From contig CAXNME010000002.1 of the NCBI GenBank assembly GCA_964203415.1, forward strand, positions 31,961-63,960: a stretch of 32,000 bases of DNA, in the 5' to 3' direction. Numbering within the stretch: position 1 is the first letter of the stretch; each line of letters opens with the position of its first letter. Below are positions 23,829 through 32,000 of this stretch, piece by piece. The translations under genes were made by a program, and so were the position numbers. The notes under the pieces are model-generated. The model saw only the letters and a list, made by a program, of their open reading frames with translations. It ran no database searches and was not told the DNA's origin. The DNA comes from Rhodoferax sp. Its GTDB lineage: Bacteria > Pseudomonadota > Gammaproteobacteria > Burkholderiales > Burkholderiaceae_C.

Positions 23829-24657
23829 TTAGGCGACCGGCTTGCGGGCGCAGATAAAGAATTCGTGGTTGCCATCGCCGCCTTGCAGCGGCGAGTCGAA
23901 CCACGCGGTGACCGTCAGGCCGAGAGCGGCGCAGGCTTCTCGCAGGCGCTGCTCGACAAAAACATAGTGCGTCGCGTCCTTCACGATGCCACCTTTGCCC
24001 ACCTGGCCGGGCTGCAATTCGAATTGCGGCTTGACCAGACTGAGCAGGGTGCCCCCGGGTTTGAGCAGCGGTACGAGCGCTGGCAACACCAGGGTTTGCG
24101 AAATGAAGGACAGATCCACCACGATCAGATTCATATTCGGTAGCGTATGGCGCATCTGCAACCTGCACATCCGGGGCGTCCTCCTCGAACAAGCCGTCGT
24201 CGCCGGTGCTGGCGGCAAAGGCCTGGAGCAAGTCTTCCGTTTGCAGATTGCGGGCATTGACGTTCTCCACGCAGAGCACGCGCGGGTCGGTGCGCAGCTG
24301 CGGGTGGAGTTGGGCGCTGCCCACATCCACGCCGGTCACAAAGGCGGCGCCGTGTTGCAACAGGCAGTCGGTGAACCCGCCGGTGGACTGGCCCACGTCC
24401 AGGCAGTGCATGCCCGTCACGTCCAGCGCCACCGTCTGCAGCGCATGCTCCAGCTTGAGACCGCCGCGCGACACATAGCGTGCCTGCGCGTCGTTCAAGA
24501 GCCGGATTTGCGCCGCATCGGGCACCTCGTCGCCGTTTTTGGCGATGCGCTTCCACGCCTCGCCCTGCAACCATTCAACCCCGTCGGCAATCAGCCTTTG
24601 CGCCTGCGACCGCGTGCTCGCCATGTTCCGGCGAACCAGCAGTTGGTCAATACGCAT
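23829..24657 (-). pseudogene. tlyA: TlyA-family rRNA 2'-O-methyltransferase, one frameshift
   Basis: MRIDQLLVRRNMASTRSQAQRLI..YVSRGGLKLEHAL..LDVGQSTGGFTDCLLQHGA..GVDVG is in one frame, and NLIVVDLSFISQTLVLPAL..VKPQFE.. in another. The shift lies between ~24130 and 24175. The length 829 nt equals 3n+1. Confidence 0.8.
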
Positions 24658-24682
24658 ACCTCATAGGTCTCTGGTCGGTGCT

Positions 24683-26197
24683 TTAGTAGCGGTAGGCGTC
24701 GGCCTTGTACGGCCCGGCCTTGCTCACGCCGATGTACGAGGCCTGCTCGTCCGTCAGTTCGGACAGCATGGCGCCGACTTTCTTCAGGTGCAGGCGCGCC
24801 ACTTTCTCGTCCAAATGCTTGGGCAACACATAGACCTTGCCGGCCTTGTAGTCCTTGGACTTGCTGAACAGCTCGATCTGCGCGATGGTCTGGTTGGCAA
24901 AGCTCGACGACATCACGAAGCTGGGGTGGCCGGTGCCGCAACCCAGGTTCACCAGACGGCCTTTGGCCAACAGGATGATGCGCTTGGCAGGCTTTTTGCC
25001 ACGGGCCGGGAAGGTCACGTGGTCGACTTGGGGCTTGATCTCGTCCCATTTGCACTTGGCCAGCGAGACCACGTCGATTTCGTTGTCAAAGTGGCCGATG
25101 TTGCAAACGATGGCCTCGTTTTTCATCGCGTCCATGTGCTTGTAGGTGATCACGTTTTTGTTGCCGGTGGCGGACACAAAGATGTCGGCCTTGTCAGCGG
25201 CGTAATCCATGGTCACGACTTTGTAGCCTTCCATAGCCGCTTGCAGCGCGTTGATCGGGTCGATCTCGGTCACCCACACTTGGGCCGACAGCGCGCGCAG
25301 CGCCTGCGCCGAACCCTTGCCCACGTCGCCGTAACCGGCGACCACGGCGACCTTGCCGGCGATCATCACGTCGGTGGCGCGCTTGATCGCGTCGACCAGC
25401 GATTCGCGGCAGCCGTACAGGTTGTCGAACTTGCTTTTGGTTACCGAGTCGTTGACATTGATGGCGCGGAACTTCAACTCGCCGCGTGCCGCCATTTCGT
25501 TGAGACGCAGCACGCCGGTGGTGGTTTCTTCGGTCACGCCAATGATGTTTTTCAAGCGGCGGCTGTACCAGGTCGAATCGACCTTGAGCTTGGCCTTGAT
25601 GGCGTTGAATAGGCAGATTTCTTCTTCGCTGCCCGGGTTGGCCAGCACTTTGATGTTCTTCTCGGCCTTGGCGCCCAGGTGCATCAACAAGGTGGCGTCG
25701 CCGCCGTCATCCAAAATCATGTTCGGGCCTTCGGCTGCACTGCCTTTTTTGCCGCTGAACTCAAAAATGCGGTGGGTGTAATCCCAGTAGTCGTCCAGGC
25801 TCTCGCCTTTGTATGCAAATACGGGCGTACCTTTCACGGCCAGCGCCGCAGCGGCATGGTCCTGGGTCGAATAGATGTTGCAGGAGGCCCAGCGCACGTC
25901 AGCGCCCAGGGCTTGCAAGGTCTCGACCAGCACGCCGGTCTGGATGGTCATGTGCAGCGAACCGGTGATGCGCGCGCCCTTGAGCGGCTGGGCCTGGGCA
26001 AATTCCTCGCGGATCGCCATCAGGCCAGGCATTTCGGTTTGGGCGATGTCCAGCTCTTTGCGGCCCCATGCGGCCAGCGTCAGGTCGGCGACCACGTAAT
26101 CGGGCGCGGTCGGGCGCAGCGTGCTGCTCACCAATTTCAAGGCTTTGGTGGCGCGTTTAGCGGAAGATTTTTTCGCGGGTTTCAATACAGCGTTCAT
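24683..26197 (-). CDS. ahcY: Adenosylhomocysteinase (S-adenosyl-L-homocysteine hydrolase)
   Basis: I chose the ATG at 26197 behind GGAG (the ORF-track start at 26338 lies inside the riboswitch). ..[28 protein letters not shown].. and [14 protein letters not shown] (NAD motif) are canonical. The product is 504 aa and includes a Lys/Ala-rich N-terminal extension. Confidence 0.9.
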   Translation of the reverse strand: MNAVLKPAKKSSAKRATKALKLVSSTLRPTAPDYVVADLTLAAWGRKELDIAQTEMPGLMAIREEFAQAQPLKGARITGSLHMTIQTGVLVETLQALGADVRWASCNIYSTQDHAAAALAVKGTPVFAYKGESLDDYWDYTHRIFEFSGKKGSAAEGPNMILDDGGDATLLMHLGAKAEKNIKVLANPGSEEEICLFNAIKAKLKVDSTWYSRRLKNIIGVTEETTTGVLRLNEMAARGELKFRAINVNDSVTKSKFDNLYGCRESLVDAIKRATDVMIAGKVAVVAGYGDVGKGSAQALRALSAQVWVTEIDPINALQAAMEGYKVVTMDYAADKADIFVSATGNKNVITYKHMDAMKNEAIVCNIGHFDNEIDVVSLAKCKWDEIKPQVDHVTFPARGKKPAKRIILLAKGRLVNLGCGTGHPSFVMSSSFANQTIAQIELFSKSKDYKAGKVYVLPKHLDEKVARLHLKKVGAMLSELTDEQASYIGVSKAGPYKADAYRY

Positions 26198-26274
26198 GTC
26201 AGAGGCTCCAAAAAACAAGTTTTGATAACCACCGTGACCAGCCTGGAGAGAGGGACTCACCACACAAGACATCC

Positions 26275-26366
26275 GTGGGTGAGCGCAGTTGAAACATGCA
26301 AAGGCGCTAGGCCTCTGTACCCCGAGCCTCATCCACATTGCGTGAACTGCATCGCTCCTCAGAGTG
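26275..26366 (-). promoter_or_regulatory. SAH (S-adenosylhomocysteine) riboswitch in the ahcY leader
   Basis: The minus-strand RNA is CUCUGAGGAGCGAUGCAGUUCACGCAAUGUGGAUGAGGCUCGGGGUACAGAGGCCUAGCGCCUUUGCAUGUUUCAACUGCGCUCACCC. The GAGGAGCG, (C/G)AGGCUCGG and AAC(N)GCGCUCAC blocks match the SAH riboswitch core. A TAGAAT -10-like box lies at 26372-26377 (minus). Confidence 0.8.
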
Positions 26367-26405
26367 CGCGGATTCTAGCGGGTTTGAAATGCGGACCTGC
26401 GCAAC

Positions 26406-27572
26406 TTATTGCGGCCACAAAACCCACATCTGCAAAGGCTGCTTCAGGCGGCCCGCCAGATCGCCCGCGGCCTGCCCGCTACCCACGAAATAGTCGGCCC
26501 GCACCGCCCCGGTAATGGCGCTGCCCGTGTCCTGGGCCACTACCAATTTGTGCAAGCCGGTTTGTGCGCCGCTGGAACTGATCCACACCGGCGTTCCATA
26601 GGGAATGCTGGCCGGATCCACCGCAATCGACCGACCCGCCGTCAAGGGCACGCCCTGCGCGCCCCGTGGCCCCAGGTCTTCAATGGTCACGGCTTCTTCC
26701 TGGAAAAAAATCACCCGCGGATTGCGCCACAGCATTTCATTGACCCGAGTGGGATTACGCGCCGCCCAGGCCTTGATGCCCGGCCAGGTGGTGTCCTTCG
26801 TCATGCCTTGTTCGATCAGCCAGGTTCCCACGCTTTGGTAGGGATGGCCGTTGTTCGCCGCGTAGGCCAGGCGCGACTGGCGCATGGAACCATCGGCCTG
26901 GCGGATTTCCATGCGGCCGGAGCCTTGAATTTGCAGGGCCATCGCATCCAAGGGGTCCGCCATGTAGGCGATCACGCGGCCTTGCAAAGCGGCCTGCGCT
27001 TGCGGCAAGGTATCGATCTCTTTGCGGCTGTACCAGGTCTGGCCTTTGGTCAGTTTGGTCGGCGGCTGGTAAAGCGGCACGGGGTACTCCGCGCTGCGGC
27101 TGCGGCTGGCCTCAAACACCGGTTCGAAATACGCAGTCAACAATCCCTGGGCCTCTCCCTGCAAGGACTCGACCCGGTAAGCCTGCAAGCGGCGCTGCAT
27201 CCAGGCGCGCTTGTCGGCATCGGAAGCAACTCCCATCCCGCGCGCATCCGCGCAGACCCCAGCCCACGGTGCCACCGCGCGCTGGCAGCTGGCCATCCAA
27301 GCGCTCCAGGCGCTGCCCAGGCTGTCGGCATTCCAGCCCGGCAAGTCGCTCCAAGGCACAGGCACCCAACGGCTGGCCGCCCGGTTGATGCTCGCCGCTG
27401 GCGGAATGACCGCAAGCAGTGGCACAGGTGCCGCCGGTTCAGCAACCGGTGCGGCGATCGGTACGGGTTTGGGCGCAGGCACAGCAGGCGACACGGGCAT
27501 TGGTCGGGTGACGCAACCAGCAAGCCACACGCTACCTACAATGACCGTGCCCACCCACCACACACTTCCCAT
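26406..27572 (-). CDS. mltA: Membrane-bound lytic murein transglycosylase A
   Basis: I chose the ATG at 27572 behind AAGGAG. It has the lipobox VWLAGC and MltA/3D-domain motifs ..GRSIAVDPASIPYGTPVWI.. and VAQDTGSAITGAVRADYFVG. Confidence 0.85.
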   Translation of the reverse strand: MGSVWWVGTVIVGSVWLAGCVTRPMPVSPAVPAPKPVPIAAPVAEPAAPVPLLAVIPPAASINRAASRWVPVPWSDLPGWNADSLGSAWSAWMASCQRAVAPWAGVCADARGMGVASDADKRAWMQRRLQAYRVESLQGEAQGLLTAYFEPVFEASRSRSAEYPVPLYQPPTKLTKGQTWYSRKEIDTLPQAQAALQGRVIAYMADPLDAMALQIQGSGRMEIRQADGSMRQSRLAYAANNGHPYQSVGTWLIEQGMTKDTTWPGIKAWAARNPTRVNEMLWRNPRVIFFQEEAVTIEDLGPRGAQGVPLTAGRSIAVDPASIPYGTPVWISSSGAQTGLHKLVVAQDTGSAITGAVRADYFVGSGQAAGDLAGRLKQPLQMWVLWPQ

Positions 27573-27713
27573 GCTCTTATTACTCCTTGAAGCACTGTTA
27601 GCAGGACTGCTGTTCGTCGGCATCATCTGGTGGACCATGTTTTCGGGGCGCAAGGGCGGCGAATTACCGCCGCCAGATGATACGGAGCAGTCGGACCGCA
27701 AGCCCTGAAAGCC

Positions 27714-28529
27714 TTACAAAACCCGGTGCTGCAAAGCTGGCAATTGGCTGCGGACCGCGGCCAATCGTTCCGCATCCATACCTGCCATGACCACACCGGG
27801 CTCCTGCGCCTGCTGCGCCAGCACCACGCCCCAGGGGTCGACCACCAGACTTTGGCCCCAGGTGCGGCGCCCGTTACTGTGCAGCCCCCCCTGGCCTGCG
27901 GCGGCCACAAAACACAGGTTCTCCACCGCGCGGGCCCGCAGCAAAAGCTCCCAATGCGCCTGGCCCGTGGTGTACGTGAACGCGCTGGGCACCAGCAAAA
28001 GGTCTGCGCCCTGCGCGGCGTAGGCGCGGTACAACTCCGCAAACCGCAGGTCATAACAAATGCTCAAACCCACGCGCCAGCGGTGCCCATCGCGCGCGGG
28101 CAGATCGAATGCCACCGCTTGCGTGCCCGGCACCAGCACGCGCGACTCGTCATAGGCTTCGCGGCCGTTGTCAAAGCGAAAAAGGTGGATCTTGTCGTAG
28201 CGGGCCACGCACTTGCCCGCCGGATCGAACACCAGGCTGCTGTTGTAGACCTTGTCCGGCTGCGCGGTGGAAATAGGCAAAGTGCCACCCACAATCCACA
28301 GGCCCAACGATTGCGCCTGTGCGGCTAAAAAATCTTGAATCGGCCCGGCACCGAAGCTTTCCTGAATAGCCAGCTTGTCGGTATCCCGCTGCCCCATCAG
28401 ACAGAAATATTCGGGCAAAAGCGCCAACTCCGCACCCTGATCGGCCGCTTGCGCCAGGAGGTCAGCAGCGGCCCGCAGGTTGTCTTGCAGGTTTGCGCCT
28501 GACACCATTTGAATTGCGGCGATTTGCAT
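27714..28529 (-). CDS. Carbon-nitrogen hydrolase family protein (Nit/omega-amidase-like)
   Basis: 271 aa. The catalytic-triad context is LLPEYF (Glu), RYDKIHLF (Lys) and GLSICYDLRF (Cys). Confidence 0.85.
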   Translation of the reverse strand: MQIAAIQMVSGANLQDNLRAAADLLAQAADQGAELALLPEYFCLMGQRDTDKLAIQESFGAGPIQDFLAAQAQSLGLWIVGGTLPISTAQPDKVYNSSLVFDPAGKCVARYDKIHLFRFDNGREAYDESRVLVPGTQAVAFDLPARDGHRWRVGLSICYDLRFAELYRAYAAQGADLLLVPSAFTYTTGQAHWELLLRARAVENLCFVAAAGQGGLHSNGRRTWGQSLVVDPWGVVLAQQAQEPGVVMAGMDAERLAAVRSQLPALQHRVL

Positions 28530-28555
28530 ATGAAACGCTTGAAGAACGCAGGAAC

Positions 28556-31500
28556 TTAAGGAATGGGCTTGCCGGTGCGGCGATCGATTTTGCTGACCTT
28601 GGGCGCCTGCCAGGTGCCTTCGACCAACAACTCCTGCGTGCTCGCATCTTGAAGGGGTTGGCGCAGCAAGGTGCTGGCCACCAGGGTGTACAAGCCCGCT
28701 ATCGGATTGGCCAGCGCGGTGAGCAGCGTGGCAGCACCCGTGTCGAGCTCGGGTATCACCAACACTTTGATCTTCTGGGTTTCCCGGGCAATGTCGGTAC
28801 TGCCGTCCATCAAGACGGCCGCTACTGCGCCCTTCATTTGCAGGTTGTCGGAGCGGGCGATGCCCTGCTCGGTGGTGACATCGCCGCGGACGTAGTTGAA
28901 CTCAAAGCCATCACTGAAAACATCCCGGAAATCCAGCAGCAGACGGCGTGGCAGCGACTGCAAGCTCAAGACCCCCAACAGCCGGGCCACACCCGGATCG
29001 GCCCGCAGGAACTGGCCTTTGCCCATGTCCATATTGAAGCGGCCCGACAGGCTGGGGTAATCCAGATTCAAGGGCGCCCCGGCCCAAGCCATCGTGCCCT
29101 CGATCTTGCCGCCGCCGGCACGCACCACGTTGGCCATGCCAAAGCGCGCCAGCAGGGCACCCGAGTCGGCAATGTCCAGTTTGAAATTGAGCTCGGTGCG
29201 GCGACCGTCGGCGGCCAGCTTGCGGGCCGGGGCCTGGGCTTGCAGCCCGCTATTGGCCGCCGGTGCGCTGGCACTGCTCACTGAACCCCAGACGCCGCTG
29301 GCACTGAAAGTGGCCTCCGGCACCGTGAGCTGCAACTGCTGCAGCCGCCACTCGGCCTTGCCGGTCCCACCGCCCACGTTCACCGCCGTGGCCTGCAAGC
29401 GGCCCAGCTTCTTGCCGTACATCTCCAGCGCATCGACCACCACATCCATAGCCGGCAAGTTGGTCGCCGGGGCATCGAGCATGTTTTGCACGTCCTTGGC
29501 GGTGCTGGCTTCGAGCGACAGACGGCTCAGCCGTGCGGTCAAGCGCGAGCCACTGTTCACGCTGCCGCTGGCCGGGCCGAATTCCAATTTGCCCGCGAGC
29601 TGGGCGGCGTCCACATCCAAACGCCACGCCGCGCCCTCGCGGCGTCCGCTGACCGTCAAGCGATCCCATTGCCGCCCACCCCACAGCAACTGCTTGGCCT
29701 GCAACTTGAACGCGGTGGGCAGATAGGGACTTTCGCCCCCGGCCTTGGCGTCCGTCGCGGGTACCAATTGGTTGACCACCCGCGTCCACTGTTCCACGTC
29801 CAGCACGGCGGTATCGACCTGCAATTGCAGGCCTTGTGCCGGCAGCGCAGGCGGCGCATCGGCCCCATCGCCCAAGGCCACCGCGCCGCGCAGCAAGCGT
29901 GCCTCCGCGCTGGTGGTGTCGCGCTGCAGCAGCACCTGGGCAACGCGGCCCAGGCTCACGCGGATGGCGTCATTGCGTTGCGAGGTCTTAGCACCCGCCT
30001 CGCCGCTGGTCCAATCCAGACGCAGAGGCAGCGCCGATGCGGCGCCCTTGCCCAGCGGCGCGGGCAAAGCCAGCGCCATGCCTTGCAGCTCACTGCTGAT
30101 CTGGATTTGCGGCGCACCCGCGCGCCAACCCAGGTCTGCGCTGTAAGCGGTTTGTCCCTCGAGCAAGGCAATGGCCGCCGCCCAAGGGGCCAGATCTTTG
30201 GACTCCCGCAGCCCCTGGCTGGTCAGCGTGCCTTGCACCCGCACGCGGTTCTTGCCGCCCTCCCACGCCGCGTCCGAGAACTGCAGCGTGCCGTCCAGCC
30301 GCATATCACCGCCCAAAGCGCTGGCCTGCAAACCGCCCAGGTTGATACTGTTTTCGGTAAAGCCCAGCGTGCCGCGCACGCGCGCCATGCGGGGGGTGTC
30401 CGGGTTGTACTGAAAGTCGTTTCCGGCCAGCGAAAGATTGCCCTGTATGGCGGTCTTATCGGGATCATCCAGCGGAATCTGCAGGTTCACTTTGTACGCT
30501 GCGCTGCCGCTCACACTGCTGCGCGCCAGCGCATTGCCCATCAGCGCACCCACCGCCGAGCGGTTCACCACGGCCAGTGCGTCGGCCAGGGTGCTGCGGC
30601 CCTCCAGATTCAGGGTCACGGTGGCCTTGTCATACAGCTTGCTAATACCTGCGGTGCCGCGCGTGATGGGCACGACCGCGCCGGGGCTGCCCGGATGCAC
30701 CCAGTTGGCGCGCGCGTTGGTCAAAGTGAGCGTATCCCGGTCCAGCGCCAGGTCACCGTACAACTGGGTCAGCGTGGGCCAGGTCGGCGCGCCCTTTTGC
30801 TTGGGCGCCAGGGCATAGGCGTAATTCATATTGCTGAGCGTGGTGGCGATCTGGAACACCCCGGCGCGCCCATTGGAAAACGGGAACTGGTCCAAATCGC
30901 CCTTGACCTTGAAACTCACCAGCCCCAGCTCCCCGCCGCTGAACGCATCGCGCAGGTAGTTGCGGGTATCCCGGTCCATGGCCGTGGGCAGGTAGCGCGG
31001 CAGGCGCGCGGGCAGCAATCGCGTGAGCTTGCCATCGAGCGCAAGTTCGCCCAACCCAGTCACTGCCGCGCCCTTGCCGGCTTTGGCCATGTCTGCGGAG
31101 GCCACGCGCGGCGCACTCCAAACCAGGGCCAACTCGCCCGCAGCGTCCGCGTTGCTAAATTGCAAACGCGGCATCTCCAACCGCAAGCGGCCGTCCACCC
31201 AACTCCAGCGCAGGCTGGCATCGGCCGCCTCCAGGGCTACGCGCCCCTCATCCAGCCAGCCTGGTACAGGCCAGCGCTCCTTTTTTGACCGCCCACTTGG
31301 CCGTACCGCCCGCTTGGGTGGCATCAATTTCCGCGTCCAGACCCTCCACACCCAAGCCGGGGAAACCGGCGGCGGCGTAGGGCGCCAGACCCAGTTGCTG
31401 CAGCTGCGCCTTGACGCGGTAATCCTTCGGCGCTTCCCACGGGCCCTGCCACTGCAGCGTCGCAGCCTGCACCCGGCCCTTGGGCTGCAAGCCGGTCAGC

Positions 31501-32000
31501 GCCGCCTGGACAGCAGGGTCCACCGGCATACGGCCGGCGAGCTGCGCGACCCACGCCAGATCGAGTTGCCCAACCGACAGGCTGCCGCGCGCGCCACTGG
31601 CTGCGTCCTGATCCCACAACTGCAAAGTCAGATCGCTGGCGGGCCAACGCAGACCATCGCGGGTCTGCCCTTGCAAGCCTTGCACGGCGTACTGCACGCC
31701 ATCGCCATCGAGGCGGCTCAGCGCCACCCGCCCCGCCAATTGACGCAGTTGCAGGGCTTGCCCCTGCGCGCCGAGGCTGGCGTCCAGGTCTTCCAGCGAC
31801 AGGTCCGCAGTGGCAGCGGTGACAGTTCCCGCCTGCACATCCAGCGCCAACTGCAGCGCGCCCCGGCCGCTGCGTATGCCCTTGGCCGCCTCCACATACG
31901 GGGCCAGCACGGCCAAGTCCATCCGGGGCACTGCCAGCTCTGCCTGCCCGCGCCAATCGAGAAAACGCCCGGGGTGGGATGACAGCAGTGGGCGGCTGAA
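28556..32000 (-). pseudogene. YhdP/TIGR02099-family large membrane-associated protein (AsmA-like); frameshifted; N-terminus beyond the right edge
   Basis: The 931-aa ORF ends ..LLVEGTWQAPKVSKIDRRTGKPIP*. The upstream part continues in another frame (31248..32000: ..GLGVEGLDAEIDATQAGGTAKWAVKK). The junction is at the A6 run (T6 on plus, 31281-31286). Gene order with the adjacent C-N hydrolase is common in Burkholderiales. Confidence 0.75.

Noticed and set aside
24539-31288. Long + strand ORFs opposite ahcY (357 aa), mltA (393 aa) and the YhdP-like gene (600 aa, 263 aa, 210 aa)
   Set aside because: All mirror well-supported minus-strand genes and translate to low-complexity Arg/Gly/Ala/His-rich sequence. 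These are a high-GC open-frame artefact.

Overview
High-GC chromosomal window whose gene content looks betaproteobacterial (Burkholderiales/Comamonadaceae-like), with a decayed ~11.6 kb integrative island in the middle.

Left core (1-9.7 kb): a partial GcvT/DmdA-like aminomethyltransferase, a divergent LysR regulator, a small hypothetical gene, a TerC-family protein behind a yybP-ykoY Mn2+ riboswitch, trkA-trkH, an 854-aa dimethylglycine/sarcosine-dehydrogenase-like flavoprotein, a cupin, a doubly frameshifted type II haloacid dehalogenase, and tRNA-Phe(GAA).

Island (about 9743-21351): it is bounded by direct repeats made of the 5' part of tRNA-Phe (positions 1-42) plus ~40 nt of upstream DNA, not the usual tRNA 3' end. 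It holds a twice-frameshifted tyrosine integrase and three low-GC inserts (a small membrane protein; an NhaD-type antiporter plus a membrane protein; a 101-aa protein). These inserts are nested between diverged duplicate copies of the integrase 3' end and of the 3' end of a convergent AAA+ ATPase pseudogene. The island also carries a ~190-aa catalytic-domain-only tyrosine recombinase, several hypothetical genes, an iteron-like repeat cluster, and a small lipoprotein paralogous to the chromosomal one just outside.

The most unusual signal is an island-specific 19-bp palindrome (GTGTCGT-N5-ACGACAC). Seven copies sit at gene or module boundaries, and the asymmetric 5-nt centre occurs in both polarities. 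It is a candidate recombination, cassette-capture or shufflon-like site; its function is unknown.

Right core (21.35-32 kb): a lipoprotein, an outer-membrane-protein gene remnant, rlmJ, metF and tlyA (one frameshift each), ahcY behind an SAH riboswitch, mltA, a carbon-nitrogen hydrolase, and a large YhdP/TIGR02099-like protein (frameshift in an A6 run) that runs off the right edge.

About 17 single-nucleotide indels (two of them a compensating pair that leaves its reading frame open), where they could be localised mostly at doubled bases or short homopolymer runs, disrupt otherwise conserved genes. Either the assembly has indel errors or this lineage is accumulating pseudogenes. I saw no CRISPR array, rRNA gene or IS transposase.
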